The notes beneath the pieces are model-generated. The model was not told the DNA's origin, searched no databases, and saw nothing but the letters and a program-made list of their open reading frames with translations. A stretch of 64,000 nt of DNA, taken from contig CAVWCV010000002.1 in the NCBI GenBank assembly GCA_963753555.1, positions 103,821 through 167,820 on the forward strand, read 5' to 3'. This document shows, piece by piece, positions 19,113 through 29,399 of this stretch (its first letter is position 1; each line of letters begins with the position of its first letter). Made by a program: the position numbers and the translations under genes. Source of the stretch: an uncultured Acidimicrobiaceae bacterium. Its GTDB lineage: Bacteria > Actinomycetota > Acidimicrobiia > Acidimicrobiales > RAAP-2.

Positions 19113-20330
19113 ATGACGGTGAACGAACTCGATCCCTGGGCTGAGGACGAAGACCAGACCGCGCTGCGCCAGCTGGCCCGCGAGGTGGCCGCACGCGAGG
19201 TGGCGCCAAGAGCGGCGCTCCACGACGAGACGGGTGAGGTCCCCCACGAGGCTATTGCGGCGCTGGCGGCGGCCGATCTCTTCGGGGTGACCATCGGGGA
19301 GAAATGGGGTGGCCTCGGCTACGGCGACGTCGAGGCCGCGATCGTCTTGGAGGAGATCGCTCGGCACGACGTGTCCGCGGCGATCTGCTGCCAGCTTGCC
19401 TACAACGGACCACCCCGCGGCATCGAACACCTGGGGCCGCCCGCGATGAAGGATCGGTGGCTGCCAGAGGTGGCGCGCGGGAGCGCGATCATCAGCATCG
19501 GCATCACCGAGCCCGATGCGGGTTCGGCGGTCCAGAACATGCGCACGGCCCTCACGCCGGACGGCCCGTCGGCGTGGCGGCTCAACGGCTACAAGAACTA
19601 CTCGACCCTCGGGCATGCCGCGGCCGCGGTGCTCGTCTGGTGCCGATGGCCGGGAGGGGAGGGGGCCAAGGGCATCGGTGCCCTCATCGTCCCGACCGAC
19701 CGTGAGGGAGTCGAGCTGACCGGGCGTCATCGGGGGATGGGCATCCATGCGGCGACGGAGTCCGAGCTCGCCTTCGACGGGGTCCACATCACCGAGGACG
19801 ATGTGCTGCTGGCCGGCGATCCATCCTCGAACGGTGCGTTCAAAACGCTGCTGTCGCACCTGAATCACGAGCGTTGCGGCAATGCGGCCATGTGCGTCGG
19901 CGCGGCCCAAGGGGCTCTGGAACGGGCCACCGTCTACATGAACGAACGGGTCGTCGGCGGTCGGCCGATCGCCCACCTGCAAGGACTCCAATGGAAGCTG
20001 GCGGACATGGCGGTCACGCTGGAAGGTGCGCGCCTGCTCCTCGGACGTGCGGTGCGGTTGGCCGGCCCGGGGGGGACGCCGCCGGCGCTCGAGACGGCGA
20101 TGGCGAAGACCGCGGCCAATCTGGCTGCGAAACTGGTGTGCGACGAGGCGATCCAGATCCACGGCGGCTACGGCTACAGCCGTGAGTACCCGCTCGAGCG
20201 TGCCTATCGGGACATTCGTGGTCTCTGCATCGGAGCGGGAACCGTCGAGGCTCAGCGCAACTACATCGGGTCATCGATCGCCTCGGGGCGGACCACCACC
20301 TCCCCCGGCTGGATCTCACCGACCCTCTGA
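19113..20330 (+). CDS. acyl-CoA dehydrogenase
   Basis: ORF 19113..20330(+), intact. Motifs present: GITEPDAGSAV and IHGGYGYSREYPLERAYRDIRGLCIGAGTVEAQ. Confidence 0.85.
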   Translation: MTVNELDPWAEDEDQTALRQLAREVAAREVAPRAALHDETGEVPHEAIAALAAADLFGVTIGEKWGGLGYGDVEAAIVLEEIARHDVSAAICCQLAYNGPPRGIEHLGPPAMKDRWLPEVARGSAIISIGITEPDAGSAVQNMRTALTPDGPSAWRLNGYKNYSTLGHAAAAVLVWCRWPGGEGAKGIGALIVPTDREGVELTGRHRGMGIHAATESELAFDGVHITEDDVLLAGDPSSNGAFKTLLSHLNHERCGNAAMCVGAAQGALERATVYMNERVVGGRPIAHLQGLQWKLADMAVTLEGARLLLGRAVRLAGPGGTPPALETAMAKTAANLAAKLVCDEAIQIHGGYGYSREYPLERAYRDIRGLCIGAGTVEAQRNYIGSSIASGRTTTSPGWISPTL

Positions 20331-20500
20331 CGCCCCGGTCGACCGCCCGCGTGGCGAGTACCCGGAGCGAGTCTTGGGTGCCCGATATCGGGCCTGCAGC
20401 TGCTTGTACCCGGCCTGAGCTGCGTCTTCGCGGACCCGGCTCTGGATTCACCTCCGACGAGAAGCGTGTCCGAGTCCCTACGCCTACTTCAGCTCGCGAG

Positions 20501-20645
20501 TGATGACATCGTCATACATCACCTGATGTCATCAGCTTCATGACATCACCATACATCACCTGATGTCATCAGCTTGATGACATCACCATACATCACCTGA
20601 TGTCATCAGCTTGATGACATCACCATACATCACCTGATGTCATCA
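20501..20645. repeat. 37-bp x4 tandem array of alternating inverted 11-mers (TGATGACATCA / TGATGTCATCA)
   Basis: Read directly from the sequence. There are arms at 20501, 20524, 20538, 20561, 20575, 20598, 20612 and 20635. The spacers between arms alternate between 12 nt (CCATACATCACC) and 3 nt (GCT). GC content is about 43% in a ~70% GC context. The array is intergenic, between 20330 and 20803. Confidence 0.9.
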
Positions 20646-20802
20646 CTCTCGAGTGCACTGCCCGGTGGACCCTCCACCAGCCACGACGCGGCAAGCGCTG
20701 CTCGGCCGCGTCGAAGTCGGGCGGTCCGAGCATTCCGAGCAGTCCCGACACCGCGGCAGCCCGACCACAACGCCTGTCGCAGGGTCGGCGTACCATTCCG
20801 GC

Positions 20803-21648
20803 GTGAAGATCGGTCTCGTACTTGGCGCGTTGCGCTCGCGCCTTTGGACGGCCGTCACCGAGGAGGCGGACCGACTGGGGTTCGAGTCGGTCTGGATGCC
20901 CGAGCACCTGGTCCTTCCCGTCGACATGGGCGGCAGTCCGTTCGACGGTTCGGCCCATCCTCCGATCCCGCCCGGTATCCCGGTCTTCGACGTCTTCACC
21001 TACCTCGGCTACCTCGCCGGTCGGACCGAGCAGATCCGGTTCGGCACCCACGTCTACAACATCGGGCTCCGCCATCCCTTCGTGGTAGCCCGTGCTGTCA
21101 CCACCCTGGACGTCATATCCGGTGGCCGCGTCGAATTCGGAATCGGGGCGAGCTGGTTGGCCGACGAGTGGCGGGCCGTGGGGCTCGATTTCGGCACCCG
21201 CGGCCGTCGAATCGACGAGTCGCTGGAGGTCTGCCGCCGCCTCTGGTCGGACGAAGTCATCGAGCACCACGGCGAGTTCTTCGACTTCGCTCCGGTCCGG
21301 TTCGAACCGAAGCCGGTGCAGCGACCCTGGCCGCCGATCCATATCGGTGGAGACGGACCTGCGGCCATGCGCCGAGCGGCCACCGTAGGGGACGGGTGGA
21401 TCCCGATGAACCACGGTGCCGATCAGATCGCGGCGGCTGCCGAGCACATCCAGACGCTCCGGCGAGAGGCAGGTCGAGAGGGTCGCACGACCGTCACACT
21501 TGGTGCCGCCGTTCCCGATGGCGATGAACTCGAACGTCTCGCCGAAGCCGGTGTGGACCGGGTCCTCGTGCGGCCCTGGGCCGACGGCGAGGAGCCGGTC
21601 GCGTCGTTGCACCGCTACGCCGACATCGTCACCGGTTCGTCGGCCTGA
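20803..21648 (+). CDS. LLM-class (luciferase-like) flavin/F420-dependent oxidoreductase
   Basis: ORF 20653..21648(+), trimmed to the GTG at 20803 (VKIGLVLG...). Motifs present: FESVWMPEHL, IRFGTHVYNIGLRHP, and GGRVEFGIGASW. Confidence 0.75.
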   Translation: MKIGLVLGALRSRLWTAVTEEADRLGFESVWMPEHLVLPVDMGGSPFDGSAHPPIPPGIPVFDVFTYLGYLAGRTEQIRFGTHVYNIGLRHPFVVARAVTTLDVISGGRVEFGIGASWLADEWRAVGLDFGTRGRRIDESLEVCRRLWSDEVIEHHGEFFDFAPVRFEPKPVQRPWPPIHIGGDGPAAMRRAATVGDGWIPMNHGADQIAAAAEHIQTLRREAGREGRTTVTLGAAVPDGDELERLAEAGVDRVLVRPWADGEEPVASLHRYADIVTGSSA

Positions 21649-21727
21649 GCTCCGCACCGTTCGTCAGAGTCACCGACGGAACCGTGTTGCGGGAGATCCA
21701 GGGCGCTGGTTACCGTGAAGCGCCGCG

Positions 21728-22927
21728 GTGAAGAGGGCTCTCGGCCCGGACGCGGCCAGGCACAGTGAGGTAGGGCCCGTGGAATCCGGCGGTGCTGCAT
21801 CCAGCTCGCTTCCGGAGTTCCGGCGGGCGTTGACGAGGTGGCTCGACGACCACCTGACCCCTGACGTGCTCGCCGCGGCGAGGCGCGGCTTCGAGGATCC
21901 CGACGCCTTCGAGACGCTCCGGGAATGGAACCGCGTGCTCGCCGACGGAGGGTGGGCAGTTCCTGCGTGGCCCGTCGAGCACGGCGGCCGGGATGCGACG
22001 GTTGCCGAGCAACTCGCCTACCTCGAGGTGATGGCCGACAAGAGCGCACCGGGTCCCGTCAACGTCATCGGTGTCTCGAACATCGCACCGGCGATCCTCG
22101 AGTTCGGTACCGGCGGTCAGAAGGAGCGATTCATCGCACCGTTGCTCCGCGGTGACGAGATCTGGTGCCAGGGGATGTCGGAACCGGATGCCGGTTCCGA
22201 CCTTGCCTCGCTCCGCACGACCGCACGGATCGAGGGCGACGAGTTCGTGGTCGACGGGCAGAAGACCTGGAACAGCCTCGGTCACCTGGCGGACTGGTGC
22301 CAGCTGTACGTCCGCACCGACCCCGACGTGGCCAAGCACGCGGGGATCAGCTGCCTGCTCGTGGACATGCGCTCGTCCGGCATAGAGGTGGCGCCCGTGC
22401 GGACGATGGCGGGAGATCGGACCTTCTCGGAGCTGTTCTTCTCGGGAGTCCGAGTCCCGAGATCCGCACTTCTCGGTCCCCTGCACGCCGGTTGGAAGGT
22501 GGCGATGACCACGCTCAGCTACGAGCGGGCAGGGGTGGCGCGCCTCCATCTGTCGCTGAGCTCGCGCTTCGCCGAGCTCCTGGAGGCGACACGTCGTTCG
22601 GGCGCCACCGTCCCCGCGCCGTACCGCCAGCGGCTCGCCCGCGTGTACACCGCGATCGCGTGCCTTCGCTGGTCGACCGCACGCGAGCTGGAGACGATCG
22701 GTCGGGGTGGGAAGCCCTCGCCGGCGATGGGATCGATGGCGAAGCTGATGTGGTCCCAGATCAGCCAAGACCTGGCCGGGCTCGCCGTCGGAGTGCTCGG
22801 TGAGGGAGCGCTCACGGGCAGCTGGTCGACTACCCTGCTCGGCGCCGTCGCCACGTCGATCGCAGGGGGGACGAGTGAGATCAACCGCAACATCGTGGCC
22901 GAACACGGGCTGGGTCTGCCGCGGTGA
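21728..22927 (+). CDS. acyl-CoA dehydrogenase
   Basis: ORF 21728..22927(+), GTG start, intact. Motifs present: WPVEHGGRDA, CQGMSEPDAGSDLASL, and GGTSEINRNIVAEHGLGLP. Confidence 0.85.
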   Translation: MKRALGPDAARHSEVGPVESGGAASSSLPEFRRALTRWLDDHLTPDVLAAARRGFEDPDAFETLREWNRVLADGGWAVPAWPVEHGGRDATVAEQLAYLEVMADKSAPGPVNVIGVSNIAPAILEFGTGGQKERFIAPLLRGDEIWCQGMSEPDAGSDLASLRTTARIEGDEFVVDGQKTWNSLGHLADWCQLYVRTDPDVAKHAGISCLLVDMRSSGIEVAPVRTMAGDRTFSELFFSGVRVPRSALLGPLHAGWKVAMTTLSYERAGVARLHLSLSSRFAELLEATRRSGATVPAPYRQRLARVYTAIACLRWSTARELETIGRGGKPSPAMGSMAKLMWSQISQDLAGLAVGVLGEGALTGSWSTTLLGAVATSIAGGTSEINRNIVAEHGLGLPR

Positions 22928-23129
22928 TCGCCTCGATGCGCTCGCTGGAGCCACTCGCCGGCGGCTCCGGGGGAGGCAACCGCCTGTCCGCACGGCAGGG
23001 CCCACCCTGCACGGTGGCCGAAGGAGGATGGCAGGCTGTGATCCTGCCACACTCGCACTGTTCCACCCGATCCCGGATCGGCATTGACCCGCGAACCCCG
23101 ACACTTCGATCGTTGAGGAGGACCCCACG

Positions 23130-24629
23130 ATGACGACCACCGCCGACCCCACCGCCATCACCGGCGAGGCACGGATGCTGATCGACGGCCAACTGGTCGA
23201 GGCGCAGTCCGGCAAGCGGTTCGACAACGTGAACCCCGCCACCGAGGAGGTGCTCGGGACCACGTCCGACGCCGGACACGAAGACATGGATCGGGCGATC
23301 GCAGCCGCACGTCGAGCGTTCGACACGACGGCGTGGTCGACCGACCGTGGGCTCCGGAAGCGCTGCTTGACCCAATTGCAGGAGGCCCTCGAGAGCGAGC
23401 AGGAGGAGCTGCGAGCAGAACTCGTCGCCGAGGTCGGCTGTCCGGTGCTGCTGACGTACGGTCCCCAGCTCGACGCCCCACTCTCGGAAGGTCTCCGCTG
23501 GCCGACCCAGTTCATCGACGAGTTCGCCTGGGAACGCGACCTGCCGGAGGGCCACGCGTTCGGGACCCACAGCTGGCGGAAGGTGGTGAAGGAAGCCACC
23601 GGCGTGGTCGGTGCGATCGTGCCGTGGAACTATCCCTTCGAAGTCACCATCAACAAGATCGGCCAGGCCCTCGCGACCGGCAACACGGTGATCCTCAAGC
23701 CGGCACCCGACACGCCGTGGAACGCGACACGCATCGGACGTCTCGTCGCCGAGCGCACCGACATCCCCGACGGCGTCTTCCAGGTCGTGCCGACGACCGA
23801 CAACGGCGTCGCCGAGGACCTCGTCACCGATCCCCGGGTCGATCTCATCTCCTTTACCGGCTCGACGGGGGTGGGCCGCCGGATCATGGAGAAGGGCGCA
23901 CCGACGCTCAAGCGGCTGTTCCTCGAGCTCGGGGGCAAGTCGGCCGACGTCGTGCTCGAAGACGCCGACTTCGCCGCGAAGCTGTCGTCGGCCTGGACGG
24001 TGTGCGTCCACGGCGGGCAGGGATGCGTGATGCTCACCCGGTTGCTGCTCCCGCGTTCTCGCTACGAGGAGGGCATCGAGATGATGGAGGAGGGGTTTCG
24101 CACGGCGCCCTACGGCGACCCTACCGACCCCTCGAACTTCCAGGGTCCCCAGATCAACGGCTCCCAGCGCGACAAGATCCTCCGCTACATCTCGACGGCG
24201 ACCGACGAGGGCGCCCGGGTGGTCGTTGGGGGAGGGCGGCCGTCGCACCTCCCGAAGGGGTACTACGTGGAGCCGACGCTGATCGCCGACGTCGAGAACT
24301 CGATGACCGTGGCGCGCGAGGAGATCTTCGGACCGGTCCTCGTCGTGATCCCCTTCGAGGACGACGACGACGCGGTACGGATCGCGAACGAGTCGAACTA
24401 CGGGCTCGGCTGCGGGGTGACGTCGGGTTCGGAGGAACGGGCATTGTCGGTGGCGCGGCGCATCCGGGCCGGGACGGCAGCCGTCAACGGCGGACTCTGG
24501 TACGGGGCGGACGCGCCCTTCGGCGGCTACAAGGCAAGTGGCATCGGTCGCCAGAACGGGCTCGAAGGATTCGAGCAGTACCTCGAGACCAAGACCATCG
24601 CCGGCGGGTTGCCTCCGCTCGAGGACTGA
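23130..24629 (+). CDS. NAD(P)-dependent aldehyde dehydrogenase
   Basis: ORF 23130..24629(+), with GAGGAGG upstream. Motifs present: VPWNYPF, FTGSTGVGRRI, ELGGKS, and the catalytic Cys region GGQGCV. Confidence 0.9.
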   Translation: MTTTADPTAITGEARMLIDGQLVEAQSGKRFDNVNPATEEVLGTTSDAGHEDMDRAIAAARRAFDTTAWSTDRGLRKRCLTQLQEALESEQEELRAELVAEVGCPVLLTYGPQLDAPLSEGLRWPTQFIDEFAWERDLPEGHAFGTHSWRKVVKEATGVVGAIVPWNYPFEVTINKIGQALATGNTVILKPAPDTPWNATRIGRLVAERTDIPDGVFQVVPTTDNGVAEDLVTDPRVDLISFTGSTGVGRRIMEKGAPTLKRLFLELGGKSADVVLEDADFAAKLSSAWTVCVHGGQGCVMLTRLLLPRSRYEEGIEMMEEGFRTAPYGDPTDPSNFQGPQINGSQRDKILRYISTATDEGARVVVGGGRPSHLPKGYYVEPTLIADVENSMTVAREEIFGPVLVVIPFEDDDDAVRIANESNYGLGCGVTSGSEERALSVARRIRAGTAAVNGGLWYGADAPFGGYKASGIGRQNGLEGFEQYLETKTIAGGLPPLED

Positions 24630-24680
24630 GCCTCCTCGCACGCCCGAGTCGACCCGCGGCGGCGGGCGGCGAGGGGCTCG

Positions 24681-25505
24681 TCAGCGGAGACGCCAGTCGA
24701 TGCGTTTCCCCGAGGTGAACCGTTCCTGACCCTCCACCAGGAGCGCGGGATCGGTGCCGACGTTGGTGAAGAGGAAGGCGTGGTCGAGCGCCTGTCGACG
24801 CGAGAGCTCGAGGCCGGTCCAGATCGCCCGCAACGTGCCGGTCACCGCCAGTGCCGGCTGGTCGGCGATGGCGCGTGCCGCCCACTCGGTCCGGTCGCGG
24901 AGCTCCTCCGCCGGCACGACCTCGGAGACGAAGCCGATCTCGCAGGCCCGCGCCGCCGACATCCGTTCGTGTGCACCGAGCAGCGAAAGCCGCATCACCT
25001 CCTGGAACGGCATTTTGTGCAGGAGGAAGATCGGCTCGAACGCGGCGGGCATCCCGTAGGTCACATGGGGGTCGAAGAAGGTGGCACGGTCCGCGGCGAT
25101 GATGAAGTCCGCCTCGCCCAGGATGTAGAAGGCACCACCGCACGCCATGCCGTTCACCGACGCAATGACCGGCTTCCAGAGATGGTTGGATTTTGGGCAG
25201 ACGCTCTTTCCCGGATCGTCGAAGTCCCACGGGGTGTTGTAGCCGGGCAGGCGTCCCGGCGGCATGTCCTCGATCGAGTCGATGCTGTCGCGGTCGAGTC
25301 CGGTGCAGAAGGCCTTTTCGCCCGCACCGGTCAGCACGACGCAGCGCACGTCGTCGTTGGTGCGGAGCATCGACCAGAGCTCGCGAAGCTCCCGCTGCAT
25401 GGTGGTGTCGAAGGCGTTGAGCGCCTCGGGACGGTTGAGCGTCACCCATGCCACGCCCTCGGATTCGTCGTAGAGCAGGGATTCGAGTTCGGGCATGGCG
25501 GTCAT
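24681..25505 (-). CDS. enoyl-CoA hydratase/isomerase
   Basis: ORF 24681..25505(-), intact. Motifs present: VAWVTLNRPEALNAF, FCTGLD, and IASVNGMACGGAFY. Confidence 0.85.
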   Translation of the reverse strand: MTAMPELESLLYDESEGVAWVTLNRPEALNAFDTTMQRELRELWSMLRTNDDVRCVVLTGAGEKAFCTGLDRDSIDSIEDMPPGRLPGYNTPWDFDDPGKSVCPKSNHLWKPVIASVNGMACGGAFYILGEADFIIAADRATFFDPHVTYGMPAAFEPIFLLHKMPFQEVMRLSLLGAHERMSAARACEIGFVSEVVPAEELRDRTEWAARAIADQPALAVTGTLRAIWTGLELSRRQALDHAFLFTNVGTDPALLVEGQERFTSGKRIDWRLR

Positions 25506-25568
25506 CGTAACCGGCCTCCTCCATGCAGAACGTGCCGGCAGGACCGCGCGGCGACGGTCGGACCGATG

Positions 25569-27496
25569 TCAGGAATGGCAGTGTCCCGGCTGCGGCGGCA
25601 CGTCGAGGGCGGGGTTGCGGTCGAAGAAGCCGAACGGGAGGAGGTGGAATCCGCAGTACTCGACCGGCATCACCGGCCAGTCCTCCGGCCGGGGCGAGTG
25701 GGTGACGCCGAAGGTGTGCCACGCGACGATCTCCGTGCCGACGAGCGACCGGTCGGCGGTCGTCCATCGCGGCAGACCGTCACCGCCGGCGTGCTGGTTG
25801 GGGAAGTCGCCCGCGGCCCGCCGCTCGTCGGGTGCGAACGGTGTGACCCAGAGGTTGTGCCGGGCGAACCCTGCGCGGCGCCCGATGCTGGACTCCGCGA
25901 GGGCGAACATGGTCGGCACCGCCCCCGGCACCAGGCGGTAGGCGACCGGCTGACCGAGTGCGTTGCGAGAGTCCGGGTTGACGAACCGCCAGTGCCGGCC
26001 GCTCGCCGGAGTCGACGTCGCGGCGGGCGGCCAGCTCGTGTTCCAGCCGCTCGGCCCGCAGGTGGAATGCGTTCCCGAGCGGGTTGCCCGCTCCGGCCGG
26101 TTCACGCCTCGTAGGAGATCTCGTAGACCTCGTTGACCGGGCCGTCGACCGCGAGGTCGAGCCGGGCGCAGAACAGGTGCTGGTGGATGGGTGCGGCCAG
26201 ACCGGGTGCGACGACGGTGCCGTGCGGGGTGGGCTCACCGGGGGCGATCGCCCTGGTGGACATGATGCCGGTGAGCTTCACCTCGTGCTGGATGGTGCCG
26301 TCGAGGTAGAAGTACCAGTAGAAGCCGTACTCGTAATTGCCGACCGTCGCGATCGACGAGACGACGAGCCGACGGGAGCGGCGGACCTCCGTCCGTCCGA
26401 CGTGCATGTCCTGGTGCTTCCAGAGGATTCCGTAGTCCTCTTCGTGGATGCACACCGCGTTCTCGAGCGACATAGGGCTTTCCATGCTCGCTGGTGAAGC
26501 ACCGCGTCGAGGTAGGTGATCTCTCCGAGGCAGTCGCATCCGAGGGTGAGGGAGTTGGCCATGCGCCCGAGTCCCCATTCGCCGACGTCGAACGCGTTCT
26601 TCCAGCCGTGCATCGGGTCCGGGGTCGCCGTAGGGGACCACCATCTCGCAGATCGACGGCGCGGTTGAGGATCGGGCGAACACGGCCGCCGTCCTCGTAG
26701 CCGACCGCATGGAGGACCAGGCCCTCGAGCGGGTGCATCGACATGCGCATCGACCATCGCTGCCAGCGGAGCAGGTTCGACGTCGAGGGTGAAGCTCACG
26801 CCCTCGGGCTGGGCGATCTCGAGCGGTCGAAGATCGGAGCGGAGGGGCTGGTTGTCCTCGGGCAGGTAGCTCCCGCGACCCTCGGGAAGCGGGCACCTCC
26901 CCGAAGTCCTGCAGCTCGAGCACCTCGCCACGCGCGGCGTCGACGGTGGCGAGCACACCCTCGATCGGCCGCGCATACCCGTTGTCGGTCGGTTCCTCGC
27001 GGTAGTAGGAGAGGCAGCGGACGATCCGCCGGCCGTCCTCCAGCGGTTGCCGAAGTTGCCGGTCGGCCACGGGTCGATCTGGACCTTCTCGATGTCGGTG
27101 ATGCCGCGGCGCGCGAGAGCCGCCAGCCAGCCCGGGTGCGCCCGTAGCGCGACGATCGCCCGGTAGGAGTCGTCGTAGAGGAGTGCGGGCCGCATGCCCT
27201 CGCGGGGCGTCCATTCGAGGAGCCCGCCGCCCGGAAGGTCGACCACCACCTCGGCGAGCGACGACTCCGGGCCGGGAACGACGAGCAGCCGCACCCGTCG
27301 TCCTCCCGAAGAGGGTTGTGCCGAATCGGGGGTCCCGAACAGCACGGAGCGGTCCGGCTCTTCGAGCGCCACCGCCGAGAAGAGCGCGTCGTCGCCGACC
27401 CGACCGCTCTCGCGGACAGCGTCGGACGGCGGTGCGGATCTCCTCGGCGGTCAAGGGGTCGAGCGGATGGGCCGCCGTCGCGGCGGTCTCAGCCAC
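25569..27496 (-). pseudogene. copper/topaquinone primary-amine oxidase, about 10 frameshifts
   Basis: Fragments lie in ORFs 26102..27745, 26278..27372, 26235..26750, 25780..26238 and 25569..26105 (all on -). They include the TPQ motif ATVGNYEYGFYWYFY, the Cu-ligand HxH in APIHQHLF, and the C-terminal WHTFGVTHSPRPEDWPVMP. The start is assumed to be the GTG at 27496 (VAETAATAAHPLDPLTAEEI). Confidence 0.7.
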
Positions 27497-27647
27497 TGCG
27501 AACCACTCCGGGTCCCCCGTTCGCCGCGCCGACCGGCCCGGTCGATCGAATGTCCTGCGTCCGCATGTCCTCCACGTGCGACCCTCCGAACGGCGAACCC
27601 TACCCGGCCCGGACGGCACCCGGATACCGGCAGTAGTCTCCCCAGCG

Positions 27648-29172
27648 ATGACCGAACGGGCACCGGCCCCGGTGCGAGGGGTGACGGGACAGGCGCGGGC
27701 CAACCCGCAGCGCCCTGCACTCGCGATGGGTGCGACGCAGCTCACCTACGGTGAGCTGGACGACCGTGCCGGCAGACTGGCAGCCGCTCTCGCCGAGCGC
27801 GGGGCGGGCCCGGGGCGGCCGGTCGCCTCCGTCCTGCCCAACGGGGTCGAGATCTTCGAGGTGGCGACGGCCGCAGCGATGCTCGGTGCCCCCTACCTCC
27901 CGGTGAACTGGCACCTCCGCGCGGGTGAACTCGCGTACATCCTCCGCGACGCCGACGTCGCGGTGGCAGTCGGCCAGGTCGGCCTCGACGACGAGCTCAC
28001 CGCCTCCCTCGCCGAATATCCCGTCGCGGCTGTTGCGAGTCGGTGGCGACTACGAGGAGGCGGTCGCATCGGCGCCCCGGCTTCCGGGGGCCGACAGCCG
28101 CTCGGGCCCCGAGCTTCTCTTCTACACGTCGGGCACCACCGCGAGGCCCAAGGGGGTCGTCCACGGGGGCGCTCGGCGACGACGCGGGGCGGGCGCGCGG
28201 GCATGGAGGCCCAGGTCGCGCTCTGGGCAATGGACGCCCGACGACATCTACGTGATGAGCGGGCCCGCGTACCACGCCGCACATCTGGGCTGGGCGCTCT
28301 GCTCGCTGTTCGTCGGTGCGCTCGCGGTGGTGACCGAGCAGTTCGAGGCCCGCGGACTGGCTCGAAGAGGTCAAGCACCGAGGGGGGACCCGCACCTTCA
28401 TGGTGCCCGCCCACTTCATCCGGATCCTCGAGATGCCTGCCTCCGAGCGGGCCGCGATCGACGTGTCGTCGCCTCGCGCTCATCGTCCACGCGGGCGCCC
28501 CCTGCCCGGTGCAGGTGAAGTACCGGATGCTCGAGGCCTTTCCGCACGCGGCGATCCACGAGCTCTACGGCGCGAGCGAGGGCGGAGCGACGCGGATCTC
28601 GCCCAAGGAGTGGCTGGAGCGACCGGGCAGTGTCGGCCGCCCGTGGCCCGGCGTCGAGATCAGGATCCTCGACGAGGACGGTGTCCCTGTGCCGGCGGGG
28701 GAGCCCGGTCGCATCTACATCCGTCCCGCAGGGCCCCAGCGCTTCCACTATCGCAACGACGACGACGCGACCGCAACGTGCCTGGCACGAAGACGCCTTC
28801 ACCGTCGGGGACGTCGGGTATCTCGACGTGGACGGCTACCTGACTATCACCGACCGGATCTCCGACATGGTGCTGTGGGGTGGGGTGAACATCGCCCCCC
28901 GCGAGATCGAAGAAGTGCTCTTCGCACACCCCGCGGTTGTCGACTGCGCCGTCTTCGGCGTGCCCGACGACCGCGACGGCGAACGCTTGAAGGCGATGGT
29001 GCAGGTGAGACAACCGGTCGGCACCGACGAGCTGGCCGACCACGTGGCCGACCGTCTTGCCAAGTACAAGGTCCCCCGCGAATGGGAGGTCGTCGACGAG
29101 CTGCCGCGCGACGCCAACGGCAAGGTGCGCAAGAGGCAGCTACGGGAAGCCCATCTGGTGGCAGGGAGGTAG
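27648..29172 (+). pseudogene. acyl-CoA synthetase / AMP-dependent ligase, at least 5 frameshifts
   Basis: Begins MTERAPAPVRGVTGQARANPQRPAL.... Motifs appear in different + frames: FYTSGTTARPKGV, YGASEGG, GDVGYLDVDGYLTITDR, and KYKVPREW. Confidence 0.7.
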
Positions 29173-29174
29173 TC

Positions 29175-29390
29175 GTGCTCAGGATCGTCATCGACCACGA
29201 GCAGTGCGTCGGTTCGGGGAATTGCGTGTACTGGGCGCCGGGCACCTTCGACCTCGACGACGACGGCCGTTCCCGCGTCCTCGAGCCGGTGGCCGACGAC
29301 GAGGAGAAGATCCGCGTCGCAGCCGAGGGCTGCCCGGTGCGGGCCATCTCGGTGGAGGTCGTCGACGAGCCGGACCGCGACAGGGTCTGA
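29175..29390 (+). CDS. small ferredoxin (single-cluster, 3Fe-4S/4Fe-4S type; typical P450 partner class)
   Basis: A GTG at 29175 is preceded by GGGAGG. The protein reads VLRIVIDHEQCVGSGNCVYWAPGTFDLDDDG...AAEGCPVRAI, with the cluster motif C-x5-C...CP. Confidence 0.75.
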   Translation: MLRIVIDHEQCVGSGNCVYWAPGTFDLDDDGRSRVLEPVADDEEKIRVAAEGCPVRAISVEVVDEPDRDRV

Positions 29391-29399
29391 GGTCGGTCG

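Noticed and set aside
20501-20645. Whether the 37-bp repeat array is a CRISPR array or encodes tandem micro-ORFs (MTSPYIT*).
   Set aside because: The repeats are contiguous, with only 3-nt and 12-nt invariant linkers, so there are no unique spacers. No cas genes lie nearby. The period (37) is not a multiple of 3, and the only ORFs are 7 codons long without ribosome-binding sites.
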